Below the pieces are notes generated by a model. The model saw only the letters and a program-made list of their open reading frames with translations, searched no databases and was not told the origin of the DNA. Shown here one piece after another: positions 1 to 12,579 of a DNA stretch of 33,923 nt; position 1 is the first letter of the stretch, and every line of letters begins with the position of its first letter. Both the position numbers and the translations under genes were made by a program. This DNA is from Octopus bimaculoides (taxonomy: Eukaryota), in assembly GCF_001194135.2 (NCBI RefSeq), contig NC_068982.1:171389524-171423446 (forward strand), in the 5' to 3' direction.

Positions 1-32
<32 letters not shown>
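1..32. repeat. (AT)n microsatellite
   Basis: Direct reading. Confidence 0.95.
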
Positions 33-36
<4 letters not shown>

Positions 37-844
37 GTATAAGTGAAAAAAATTGTATATCGCCAGAGGAAACACAACTAGAGATCATAATGGAGGCAAA
101 ACAGTTGCATAATAAGTACCTGCCCGCCTGTAGAACTACGTTGCTTGGAAACAATTGTAGCGATTAAAAAATAAACGTCCAACTGCACCCCTTCTTGTTC
201 ACTCCAAATGTTTTTCAGTTATCTATTCACGCACGACAGAAGTCCAAACGCAAACGCGGAAGTACATATAATACTACTACTGGATAGCACAGGGTGAAAT
301 CTGAAGGTGAACGACATTTATACTGTACTCTACTGTGTTCTTAACAGAATATACCATAACTATAAATGAGTGTGTATTCGAGTGTGTGTGTATATGTGTG
401 TGTGTGTGTGTTAGTGTGTGTGTCTAAATATATATTTTGTCATTGCGAATTTGTAAAAAAATATTACAATTCTGGATTTAATCTCATAATTCTTCAAATA
501 TTCTAATGTCAAGTTGTTCTATTACCAGGTGGCACCGCTTACTAAGCAGATTTTATAGTTACAATCTTCTCTTTGTGTTATATTGATTGTCAACTATTCT
601 CCAACGTTGTCATCTTTTTGTTTGTCTTGATCGAACAAACCTATGGTCAGAGGCATTACAAACGTGAACATCCCAAATTATTTCCATATATTGTGTATCG
701 TGAACAGTATTATGTAAGAATTCTTCAATTGTTTTAATACATGATGATATAATTTCAGATTGATTTGACCTAATTACATGTCGAACATCTACGTAGAATG
801 CTATTTGTTTGCGCGATATTTTCGTTTTCTCTCAAGTATGTTGA

Positions 845-1035
845 GTGGTAGAAATGTCATTTACAATATGTTACGTAGCATTTAGCGACGACCTTTTACT
901 GTCTACTTTAAAATCCATCTGGGAAACACCTTTGTGTTTTAGTCACCCAGGACTAGTAAAACAGCGTTTCTGTCAAGTACTGGCAGTTGATATAACTGTC
1001 GATATCCCGCCCTCAAAATTTCTGCTTTAGTACTT
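845..1035 (+). mobile_element. Strongly decayed SINE copy, same family as 26841-27052
   Basis: The 3' part gtcaagtactggcagttgat...ccctcaaaattt parallels gccagtcaagtactgatttcga...ctaaaatt in the 26.9 kb copy. The head is barely recognisable. Confidence 0.4.
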
Positions 1036-1414
1036 TTGCATGAAATTGTAACTTTAAAAATATTTGAATTGGTTTTCTGAGTTGTGTGTTTGTGCGCATG
1101 CGTATATGTTGCTGCGCACGCACATACATGTATGTGTGTGTGTGTGTGATTGTATGCGTATACGCATTTTTGGCTTCCACTTTTATCGACAATTTATGTA
1201 CACGTGTACGGTAACCACTGAAATTCCAAAATCTAATGTTTAGTTTTCTCACTCATTTGTAATGAATTTTCAATAGGAGAGTCATATCAATGATATTTCT
1301 ACTATTTTACTTATTCTATGCAACAACCAATAAAAAAGGAAACAAATAACACACTACGTAGAGCAATATGCTCTCAATAAAAGGAATGCGAGATATTAAA
1401 ATGGTGGTGGCATG

Positions 1415-1415
<1 letters not shown>

Positions 1416-1450
<35 letters not shown>

Positions 1451-1622
1451 NNNNNNNNNNNNNNNNNNNNNNNNNNNNNNNNNNNNNNNNNNNNNNNNNN
1501 NNNNNNNNNNNNNNNNNNNNNNNNNNNNNNNNNNNNNNNNNNNNNNNNNNNNNNNNNNNNNNNNNNNNNNNNNNNNNNNNNNNNNNNNATATATATACAT
1601 ATAGATAGATAGATAGATAGAT

Positions 1623-1653
<31 letters not shown>

Positions 1654-1666
1654 TAGATAGATAGAT
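1416..1666. repeat. (CA)n, assembly gap 1451-1588, then (TA)n/(GATA)n
   Basis: Direct reading. Confidence 0.95.
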
Positions 1667-1775
1667 ACACACAGAGACATGCAGAAAGTAAATAGACACC
1701 TTTAATTTTCAAAATATTTTATTTAAAACACAAGGCGAACAATTGAAATGTAATCGATAGGTAGGACTACATACT

Positions 1776-2095
1776 TTAGTATTTTGTTGACATTCCCTTT
1801 GCAGTTTTTAATTCAGAAACTTTTTTTGGCATTGAACTGATGAGCTTTGTCATTGTCTCTTGTGGAATTTCTGCCAACTTTTCACGCAACAATCGAAACA
1901 ATTCATCTTTAGATTTAGGTTTCTGTTGAGTTTTGTCGTATAGCTTTATCTAGTATGCTCCGAAGATTTTCAATTGGGTTCATGTCAAGAGATTGGCTCG
2001 GCCAAGGAAGCTTTTAGATCCCATTTTCAGTCAGCCATGGTTGATCCCTTTTCACTGTGCGGCCTGGAGCCCCATCGTCCGTGAATAAAAACACA
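1776..2095 (-). mobile_element. Tc1-family (DD34E) transposase C-terminal remnant, pseudogenised
   Basis: The minus strand translates FLFTDDGAPGRTVKRDQPWLTENGI*KLPWPSQSLDMNPIENLRSILDKAIRQ, then after a frameshift KPKSKDELFRLLREKLAEIPQETMTKLISSMPKKVSELKTAKG and ..TKY*. This matches the Tc1 QQDNAP...WPSQSPDLNPIENLW...SMP.R.....GG.TKY pattern, with exactly 34 codons between the second D and the E. Confidence 0.9.
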
Positions 2096-2519
2096 TTTTT
2101 CGTTATGTTATCGTGTGGATACATCAGAAGTAGTCCTATATAGACAAGTGTAACCGTTATGCTATCGTGTGAATACATCAGGAATAGTCCTTGCTTAAGT
2201 ATGTTGACTCATGTCAACACGCACAACCTCTCTCAACTCTGAGATAACATAACGGTTACAATTGTCTATATAGGTGTTATTTGCATGAATGTATATAGGT
2301 ATGCGAGTGTTTTGATGTTCGTGCTTACGTTTATAACCTGCATCATAGCGGAATTCCAAGCAGAACATGATAGAATAAGTACCAGATTTACAAATGAACA
2401 TCAAGAGATCGATAGGATTGATTGTAGTGTTGAATGCAGTGTCCTAGCATATCCCTAGTGTATATAATTGGTTCCAAGATCATTGATTGATCTGAGTCTA
2501 AATCATAAGACACATGACC

Positions 2520-2605
2520 ACGGTGCGACGTAAGGGCACAGAACCTGAAATGACGTGGCTGCCAAACGAACATCTTAACCCTCATAGCCACGTCTACGAT
2601 TATGC
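2520..2605 (-). mobile_element. Decayed tRNA-derived SINE head
   Basis: The reverse complement agacgtggctatgagggttaagatgttcgtttggcagccacgtcatttcaggttctgtgccc aligns loosely with the SINE heads at 30253-30417 and 32707-32865. Confidence 0.4.
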
Positions 2606-3114
2606 CTAGCATAATGCACAGCAGCACGACTGATGACGTGTAAGAGATCTCATAGGCTTCTATTTATTGTTGTTCAGTAAGGACAGTGATAGAGTTGGAA
2701 AGTTCAATGCCTTTTGTGATATTTAAAGTTGATTAATATGCTTTAAATTCAAATCTTTATGCTAGAGGCAAGTCTGTATTTCATTCTCCAGAAACGATAC
2801 AAACACTGAAACTGTTGTTAGCTGTTAGGTCTGACTGAAACCAGTCAAATGAATAAAATAATTAATGGAATCTTTAAAATACAGTGATTAATATTGTAAA
2901 TCTGGCCAGAAATAAACTACCAGAAAATGGGTTATTCACAGTAAGAATACTTTAAATCATAGGTTTCCTGCATCAACATTGAAGAATAAGAATTATGGTA
3001 CCAAAACCAACTGCATCATGCAAAGAAATTGCAACGAACTTTACAGAGCCATCCATCAACTATGGATTAAAAAGTTACCCAGAAAATTTTGAAAAATATA
3101 AAAATTAAAATGTC

Positions 3115-3600
3115 GTTACTGAAACATCAATAATGAAACAATTATCAATAATCAAGATCAATATCATATAGAATACGAGTATACATGGAGCAACAATCAT
3201 AGTGTATAATATTAAAATGACAATGTGATATGATATAACATAAGTAGCAACAACAAAATTCCACACGGTACAATAATTCCATCAGATACAATAATACTAT
3301 TAGATACAAGATAAATTAACAAAACCAACAATGCCAAATGATATACCATGATATACAACAACAACAATAACAGATGACATAACAAAAATCAACGAGAAGT
3401 TATGACAAAATAACAAGTGACATAAGAAATATAAAATGTATCACAACAGAGACAAAAATAATACATAGCACAACACATGACATCACAAGTATAAAAGTAA
3501 AAACACATTATGTATCAATGATAATAACAGCAACAACACCAAGGCTTGGCACCACACAACAATAAAAAGAAATAAGAATAAAGATACGTCCGATAGCAAA
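3115..3600. repeat. Degenerate ACA/ATA-rich low-complexity tract
   Basis: A/C-skewed cryptic triplet repeats (caacaa, aataat). Confidence 0.7.
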
Positions 3601-4324
3601 CGGCTTGCAGCCAGCCACTCCCTTTTGCCAAAACAAAGTAAACACACAAAAGATCACGTATATAGGCTCATACACACACAGACACACTCACACACACACA
3701 GAGATGCACACGTACACACATATAAACTCGCGTGAATATATAAACGCCTACATTTGCACATACATACAGACAAAGTCAAACAGACGTTGGCACAAGTCAC
3801 ACATCATAAGCCACACATTCATAGATTCACACACACTCACTGTTTTTAATTAAACTCACTCATTCACCGAAGCAACACCCATACACAACTCATGCTACCT
3901 TCCAAAAGACACACTCATTCACTAAAGTAAACGCCATAGCGCTCCCAGAGGGAACGACCCTACCGTAATATATCGTTATAGACATTAGAAAGCAAGTCGT
4001 CTTTACGCAAACAGTTGCATAACCTCACAAAAGGCGGGTATGACAGAAGATAGGGGAGAATAAAAGAGACACAGTAAAGGAAAAAATAAAATCTATGCTT
4101 GGATTGGTGGGGGGGTGGGGATGGAATGTAGGGTAGATTGAAACCAATATTGAAAGTGTCACGTATAGAAAGTCCAACCACACCCATATATTTTTATTTT
4201 GATAGTAAATGAAGAATTCCACGACCGTGCAGTAAAATATGCTGGAATAGTTTTTGTGTGTGTTTGTGCGTGCACATGTATGTGTTCGTGTGCGTTTGTG
4301 AGTTTGTGTGTGCATATCTGCCTA

Positions 4325-4345
4325 TGTATATATATATATATATAT

Positions 4346-4379
<34 letters not shown>

Positions 4380-4389
4380 GGGAAAGTGG

Positions 4390-4432
<43 letters not shown>

Positions 4433-4745
4433 NNNNNNNNNNNNNNNNNNNNNNNNNNNNNNNNNNNNNNNNNNNNNNNNNNNNNNNNNNNNNNNNNNNN
4501 NNNNNNNNNNNNNNNNNNNNNNNNNNNNNNNNNNNNNNNNNNNNNNNNNNNNNNNNNNNNNNNNNNNNNNNNNNNNNNNNNNNNNNNNNNNNNNNNNNNN
4601 NNNNNNNNNNNNNNNNNNNNNNNNNNNNNNNNNNNNNNNNNNNNNNNNNNNNNNNNNNNNNNNNNNNNNNNNNNNNNNNNNNNNNNNNNNNNNNNNNNNN
4701 NNNNNNNNNNNNNNNNNNNNNNNNNNNNNNNNNNNNNNNNNNNNN

Positions 4746-4776
<31 letters not shown>
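4325..4776. repeat. (TA)n arrays flanking assembly gap 4433-4745
   Basis: Direct reading. Confidence 0.95.
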
Positions 4777-4779
<3 letters not shown>

Positions 4780-5914
4780 GAAGTCTTTTTCTATTAGAAT
4801 TGTTCTGCTTTTGGTGATATTTCCTAGATAATATATTTGAGATTTTATTTCTTTGTGCTGTAGTCTTGCAAGAGGTTATGTGTGTGACGACAATGCATGA
4901 AACACACTCGCTCACATAAATACGCACATACTCACTCACACACAACTATTATTAATCCGTTTTGAGTAATAAGTGTAGAAGTTACGGCTCCTTAGTCTCG
5001 TCTGGAAAACAGAATAGTATATGTTGTATCATTTTGTGCAGCTATATCAAGTGAGTTCGTGTTAATACATATACACACACACAAACGCACGCACACTCAC
5101 ACACGCACACATACACACATATACATGATGTTTAGATAGACAGATAGATAAATGTAGACAGATAGAGATATAGATATGTAAAGAAATATCTTTGGTAATC
5201 TTCAACAATCTACATGAACTTGTGTTATATCTTACTTACACACATGTCAGAGCGACACACAGATACCTCATTTTTACCTCCAAGCATACTATCTACCACA
5301 ACTGTTACCAACCAGACTGTTACTGTCTCTGTATAAATCAGTTCATCCGACCACGCCCACATCGCAACAACCCTACACACATCTACATACCATACAACGC
5401 CCCCACTTCCTACACTCTACGGCCCTTCATGTCATCCAGCTACGCAAATTCACGCCAAGTGTTTTTTTTACAAACTATTCTTGCCTGAATACTAGCTTTA
5501 CTTCTGTGCTATAAGAAAAAGCAAGGGAGGTGACCGAATCTCTCCTTTTAGGCATGTCCTCTCGACATCTTACTCACAACAAAATCTCAAATCTCAAGTC
5601 CATCAGTTGTTTCACTCACAGCAGTGGTGAAGCTATTCAGCCAAAATGCAAGTCGTTCAACCAGAGAAACCCATCCCAATGAACTGGGTGGCATTTTCCC
5701 AAAAACACAACACCAAACCAGTATCTAAACTGCGAAAGATAACTTCGTTGGACGGGAGAATCAAACAGAATTGCATCCTGTGAATCCTCATACAAAAACA
5801 CCACTTTCCAAAGTAGCTAATTTTTGTGAATTCTTGCCAAAAAGATCTTTCTCAATTTAGCAAAAAGCCTTTTCTCTCTACTTGTAAACAGCTAAGGTAA
5901 TGGCCAAAAAGAGT

Positions 5915-6360
5915 AAGGCAAAGATTTTCTGACACTTTAACTTTCAGACAGACAAGGCGTTAGAACACTGAAGGCTGGATATAATAACCTTTAGAAGGGA
6001 CAAACAAGACTGCCTAATAATCGAGGTGGTAGTGCCAGGAGATAAGTATAGCATCATGAAAGGAAGAGAAAAGATTGAGACCTGAGAACTGAGATCGCCA
6101 AGATGTGGAAACTATGAGAGTCAGACATGAAATTTTTCCCTGTTGTCATCGGAGTATTGAGTTCAAAACCACCCCACCTGAAGAAACATCTGGAAACTTT
6201 AGAAATACACAATAATCTAGGTGTATTGCGAAAGTAGTTGCAACTGCATGAATATTGTATAGAGTACTGTTAGTCTGAGGGCCTTTTTATGACTTAACAG
6301 AGAGTACAAACCCTCGGCAGACACAATATCTTCAATCGACATCATAATATTAGATACTAT
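5915..6360 (+). mobile_element. R4/Dong-clade non-LTR retrotransposon 3' end (restriction-like endonuclease domain plus 3' UTR), decayed
   Basis: Translates KIF*HFNFQTDKALEH*RLDIITFRRDKQDCLIIEVVVPGDKYSIMKGREKIE / LRTEIAKMWKL*ESDMKFFPVVIGVLSSKPPHLKKHLETLEI...TA*ILYRVL. This matches the Dong/R4 pattern ILWDF.IQTD..IEHRRPDI...C.IID.AVP.D....E.EKIEKY..L..EI..LW...V.PVVIGALG. Confidence 0.85.
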
Positions 6361-6641
6361 GTGACGTCTTAAATAATTATAATAACTACTATCTTTAATA
6401 AAGAAGATACCTTTTACCTAATACGTATAGGCTATACCTCTGAAAACAGGAAGGTTATGGTTGAGATACTACGTAAACTTAAGTCTACTTAATACAATTA
6501 GAGCTTGGGCTAAACAACAACAGGAAAAGAACAATACCAATCATTATGATTCTACTAATAACATCATTATTACATAAATAAACGAGGCTGCAAACAGGCA
6601 ATTTGTTCATAAATGAATAAAAATTGAAAACTGCTGCTTTG

Positions 6642-8281
6642 TTCAGCGCATCGGATCGGTTGTTCGGGTGAATGGCCACTTGTCGGGGCCATCCAGCATC
6701 TTGCGTTCAGTCTGTCTATGGCACCCTCTCTCCTCCCTTCTGTATGTACTGACTCCTGAGCTATTACTGCGGAAGTTGGAGGCTTTGAGCGGTGTCACGC
6801 GTGATCTAGGATGTGGAAAAAGTGTCTGCTTGCGTTGATGATGTCATCATCATAGCGTCGAGCCACTGCATATAGACCTGATTGGCGACACACTACAAGA
6901 ATATGAAGAGGTGACAGGAGCAAAAATAAACGCGGAAAAGTCAGTGGGCTTGCAACTCGGCACCAGAAGAGGCAAGTCCATGCTGTCCAACAGCGTCGTG
7001 GGGCGCTAGACAGACGGTACCCGTTAAGTTGCTCGGACCCTGGCTTGGTCTGGACTTCCAAGCGGGGAAAAACTAAGACGTGGTGACGAGCAGGGTAGCC
7101 AATCTCACCCAGAAATGAGCTGAGAGGAAGCTGTCCCTGAAAGGTCGAGCGGAGGTGGCGATGTGTACATCGCATCCGTCATCTATTACCACTTGACTGT
7201 CGTCTCTTGCCCTGTTTGTTGGTTGACCAAGCTGGTGCGCTTACTCTTCCGCTTTCTGTGGAAGGGGCGCATTCAACTGGTCAGGCGTTCTATCTGCTGC
7301 CAACAGCCACTGAATGAAGGGCTGTGCATGCCGTGGTTACTGATGCGCAGACATGCGCTGAGGTTGCGGCATCTCCAGCGTTTCCAAGACAGTGAGCAGG
7401 TGTGTCCACCGTGACACTTTTCTACAGCTCGTCTCTTTGACTGAGCTGCAATCCTGGATTAGGTGTAGACCGAGGACAAGGGCTTGGCACCTCGAGTTCC
7501 GTCAAGCGCTCACAGCTGTCCACTAGGCGGGCAATGCGGTCGGTAGTATTTCCACTCTAGCATTCTATAGAGGGCTAGTGGAGGGTAAGTGCGACGATGT
7601 TTTCGGGGAGACTGTGGGCGTCGATGAAGATCAACTAACCGGTCTGTTTCGGAGAACTTTCGAACCTGGGCCTATGGATGACTTCCAGAAATCAATTGCC
7701 TCGCAGTGTTACCGAGGGGCGCTGCCTTTTCGGAATCAACTTTACAAGCACGGAAATGCCGTCAGCCGAGCCTGCTCGAGGTGCGCCCAGAACGTTGAAA
7801 CTGTTATGCACATCCTAGTCTAGTGCCCGAGTATTGCTAACCTGTGGGTTTATATCGAACACCTGCTGTCACGTGTAGGACGGATCCGGCTATCAGCTGA
7901 ATCCGCTGTGAAGATTGCCCTGCCGCCCTCTTTTGGTCGGAAGGGGCAGAGCAGGCAATTTTTATTTATCTAGTGGCTGTAGCGAAAGAAGTAGTATGAT
8001 AGACCCATTTGAAAGGGCTAAAGACAGACACTCTCCTCTTTGGCCAAGCTCTCATCAACTGTAAAAAGAGAATTAAAGGAGAAGGGCTCTTGCCCTGTTG
8101 ATCAGGAACCCGTGGCTTTTCTGGGGTTTTCCACGAGGACCTTAAAGCGCCTCCTCTAGTTGTTATTTATATTGTTTACACGCTGTAAAACCTATTGTAT
8201 CATCCTGTTTTTTGTTTTTTATGTTGTTGTATGTCATGTAATGTTTTTCCATGTTTTTGCATGTGGCTAATAAAAGAATAA

Positions 8282-8326
<45 letters not shown>

Positions 8327-8343
8327 GTTATTATTATTATTAT
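6642..8343 (+). mobile_element. 5'-truncated Tx1/L1-clade LINE: RT C-terminal half, CCHC zinc knuckle, 3' UTR, AATAAA, (ATT)n tail; multiply disrupted
   Basis: Translates VRVNGHLSGPSSILRSVCLWHPLSSLLYVLTPELLLRKL (RT RGVRQGCPLSPLLY motif), SACVDDVII (YADD-equivalent), VTGAKINAEKS, PVKLLG and RKLSLKGRAEVA..LFRFLWKG. It also gives CSRCAQNVETVMHILV*C (CX2CX8HX4C). AATAAA is at 8269 and (ATT)n at 8281-8343. Confidence 0.92.
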
Positions 8344-8361
8344 CGTCTATTGTGCATGTGC

Positions 8362-8396
<35 letters not shown>
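8362..8396. repeat. (TG)n microsatellite
   Basis: Direct reading. Confidence 0.95.
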
Positions 8397-8399
<3 letters not shown>

Positions 8400-10010
8400 G
8401 CGCGCATGCACGTATTGAGTGTTCATGCGTGTGTTTATGTGCAATTGTTGCTGTAATATCCAGCTATTGGCTTATCTGGGTTAACGGATTTGCACTCCAG
8501 GTGAAACCGATTGTCAAGCATATGGTATTTGGGGAATAGTACCGATAGTGTTGGTTAATGGTAAGGGTGAGTAGAACTGAAGGTGAGACTTGTGATAATG
8601 ATAGCAGCACCGGGACATTAAATTACTGGTGGTGGTGGTGGTGGGGGGGGGGAAGCGGCGGCAGTGTTTGTTATGGTGTCGACTGCGGCTTCGGAGTAGT
8701 TTTAGTGGTGGTAGCGGAAGTAGTTGTTTAAATATGCTTTATGAGATGGTTGGTGATGAAATTACAGCAGCGTTGGTTGTAGCGGGCTGCAAGTTCGTCA
8801 TGGTTACATTCGCTGTGGTGGTATGAAAATGAGGTATTCGAATATAAGTGATGGTTGTAATACATGGTGATAATGATGATGATGGTGATGTTGGTTGCAT
8901 TACTGGACATAGATGTTGTTCTATACAGCGAAAAAGATCGCTATATCAGTGATTCAGTTGTAACATGCACTTGGCTGGGTGCTTTAGCTGTCTGCTCATT
9001 TACCTTGTTTTGTGTAAAGCCTTAAATTTTTCTGAATGAAACTGTAGCATGTACATGAGCAGTACTCCTTTGTGGATTTTATATAGGCGTGAGCTACTAA
9101 TCGAAGCTGAATTATTTTCTAGATCTATTAACAATTCCTATTTAACATGCACCTACTGCAACGTAACATACGTCACTTTGAAAGATCCTTAGATTCTTTT
9201 TATTGTTGTACTCAGGTCAGACTTAATCGAACGCGTCTATGATAAAAGAAGTGAGTGATGTGTAGTATATATATATATATATATATAAGTACTATTGAAA
9301 GAGATTAAAGTGAAACCTCTACTTTGGAATATGATTTCGAAGTTCCTGTAGATGGAGATACTGCGAATCAAGTGTAAGATGCTTTCACAGTATGTAGATT
9401 ACTTCACTTGTGCAGAAGTTCAAAGGAATGAATTATGGAGACTGATGCATAGAATGACAGTAAGATGGTACTTAATGAAACTATCTGGAAATCATAATGG
9501 AGTTTTAGAGCACACTAGATTTATATTGTGATACTACAGTTTACTGTCAAGACAGTTATGCGAAAGAGTGCCGCTGAGAGAAACTGCTACTGAGAAAGAC
9601 TGTTGCCGAGAAAACTGCCGACGTAAGATGTGAAAGACGACTGCATCGCAAAAGCGAACGTTCTCGGCCGAACACGTTAAATAATTTGCTGGTATCAAGG
9701 ATGTTAATCTTGGTTTCATCGAATTTCTTGAGAGCAAGACATTGGTATGTCATGCAGGAGAGTAAAAGATTTCTGGTAAATCTAGCAATATGGCTATTGT
9801 AAATGGAAATTATAGAGCTGGTACTACTGGAACTGTTGTGTTGCTAAAAGAAAGCATTTGTAATATTGATGATTTAGGAGAGAATTACTTGAGACCGTAT
9901 CCAGAAAAATTGAGAAGCTAGGAGTATGATAGAATCAAAGAGGCTGTCAGTCTTGTAAATGCGATACTTTGTAAGGAATTTCCATAGACTGTGAACAATC
10001 TATGGAAACA

Positions 10011-10039
10011 GAGAGAGAGGGGGGGAGAAGGAGAGAGAT

Positions 10040-10133
<94 letters not shown>

Positions 10134-10143
10134 AGAGAGAGAG
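10011..10143. repeat. (AG)n microsatellite with imperfect flanks
   Basis: Direct reading. Confidence 0.95.
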
Positions 10144-11360
10144 GGAGTGCATGATAGAAAAAGAGAAAGAGATTTAAAAGTTTTTCGAGGTCAGAATCCC
10201 AGTTCCGGATCACAATTTAAGCTAAAGAAAGGTTCAACACAACGATTTTTTCTCAAGAATCAAGCTATGGCAACTTTGGAATAGCATCTAATCAAACACA
10301 AATGCGAGACAGAGGGGTCGGAAAGAGATTGTTATAAAAAAAATCCTTTGTGATTTTACTGATCGTATTATGCCTGATTCTGACAGTATTCAGGAGCTAA
10401 ATTTGGTGTGTCACTAGCATTAGCTCTGCAGGCAGTAGAAACTCTACGATCAATGTGAATAAAATGCGTGAAGAACACTGTTAACTAACATATCTTTCAC
10501 TTTTTTAAAAACGTTATTATTTGTTTGCAACAGATTTTGATTCTATTTTTAGAATCTAAAGCTCTTGTTTTACATTCTAACAATGGTACTCTGATATATA
10601 TGATAATCTTTAAGCACAGTGTGCATAATTTAGTCACACTATTCACAATGTGAAGCGTCAGTGTGTTTATTTTCTGGACACACAAATAAAAATCTTTTAT
10701 CCACGTATTTTTGTAAAAGAAATTATTAACGAAGACGAGCCTTTTTGAGACAAGTAAATGTATTCTTAATAAGAGTAGTTGGCTCTCGTGAGATACTTTG
10801 TTAAATTATTTGTTTAACGAATCACGTTCGTTTCATAAATTGTATTTAAATACAGCATATCACAAACATTTTCCACGATTGTACAATTAAAAACACTCGA
10901 TACTTTTCGTTTGAGACACAGGATTTTAGGAAAATGCCATGAAAATCTGTATTGATGGAATACAACTGCCATAAGTATTTCACAGATCAAACAAACGTAG
11001 TGAAATTATTGATGTAGCTTGCTATACTTTTGCTAACACATCGAGAAACCTCAAATGACTTGTAAAATATGAATCCTTGAGGTTCATGGTTTGTCAAAGG
11101 CAGGAAATGTTTGTTACGGAAGAAATAACGTAGACTTTCCTATTTGACCTGGAATTCCTGCACAGCGACATGAAAAACAAAATGTTCTTCTTTCTGTTTG
11201 TCATGACAAACCGTTAAACTTATTTGCTTCAGGAACCACAAATTATAAACACAAAGTGGGTCAATGTGTCTGGCAATCTGTATCAATCACAAATGTGGTA
11301 TTAAAGTTTCACATGGAAAAAGTAAGAGTACATATGTGCGTGGGAGGATGGGTACTCGCA

Positions 11361-11436
11361 TATATATGTATGTATGCATGTATGTATGTATGTATGTGTG
11401 TGTGCATGTATGTATGTATGTATGTATGTATGTATG
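11361..11436. repeat. (TATG)n microsatellite
   Basis: Direct reading. Confidence 0.95.
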
Positions 11437-11449
11437 CAGAGTGTCTTTT

Positions 11450-11812
11450 CACACGCAACGAGGGTCGATTCTTGTGAAAAAGAAAGTGAACAAAATAATA
11501 TGACCATTTGCTTATCGGGAAATTTGCAAGTTCGATTTTTTTTTCTTTTCTTTCAAGTATCACCAATCCAGTGAATTTAAGAAATCAAGTCGTAAATAAA
11601 GGAAGCCCTCGAATCCATCACTGTACACGCACGCGCGCACGCACACGCACACACACATACACACGGAGTTGCATATCTGTGTATTTTTTGTGTACGTACG
11701 CACACGAGTCTACGCGCATAGATACACCATGATCTATGCACATGCAAACGAAGGTCGACTCATAAGAAAAAGAATGTGAATAAAATATGACCACTTGTTT
11801 GCCGGGAAATTT
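11450..11812 (+). repeat. Diverged direct repeat of ~75 bp (11450-11525 and 11739-11812)
   Basis: cacacgcaacgagggtcgattc...gaaaaagaaagtgaac...atgaccatttgcttatcgggaaattt versus cacatgcaaacgaaggtcgactc...gaaaaagaatgtgaat...atgaccacttgtttgccgggaaattt; about 80% identical by hand alignment. Confidence 0.8.
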
Positions 11813-12471
11813 CTGTTTAATTAAAATTTCATGTTTTTTTGTTTTTGTTTTTCTTAATGATAATCAAACCAAATGTTCATCATTTCGAGCCACTAACCCA
11901 ATGAGTATTTCCGTGAAATGCGGTGAAAAATCGTTTTGCCGTTTTCCAATAATTTAGCAAACACACAAACAAATGCGAGTGATTACAATACCCTGCTTTT
12001 GCTTACGCGCGCAGGGTAATAATAATAGCAATTAATATCAATTGATGATATAAACCCAAAAGAAGTAAAATATTTCGGAATAAATAATGTGATCCATACA
12101 GCAAAATGTAAACGAAACTGCCTCACGTTAACTGAAATTTGAATAAACAGTTTAAAACCACGCTTCAACGTAATACCAGTAGAGATTATTTTAAGACCAG
12201 AATTCCATTGGATTTAAAAAGTAATGCTATCACCTTCAAAGAATACCAACGCAAGACACTTGTTTGAATCGGTTCACTTTGAAAGCGTCGTGAGTGATAG
12301 AACCTTGATGAAATTGCAGCGATTAGGATGCATAATTGCATACGGAGCAATGTGCAATCGCTACAGTCCAATCACGTCGGTCTGTATTATATATGCTGTT
12401 GAAAACATTTTAATAAAATAGTTTTGGATGTGCATAAATCTCCACTCTCCTCTCCGTTACCAGTTATATGC

Positions 12472-12579
<108 letters not shown>

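Noticed and set aside
33-270. GC-richer block that may be a repeat fragment
   Set aside because: No terminal structure, second copy or coding similarity visible in the window.
6795-7175. 126-aa minus-strand ORF
   Set aside because: It is the antisense of the Tx1 reverse-transcriptase region.
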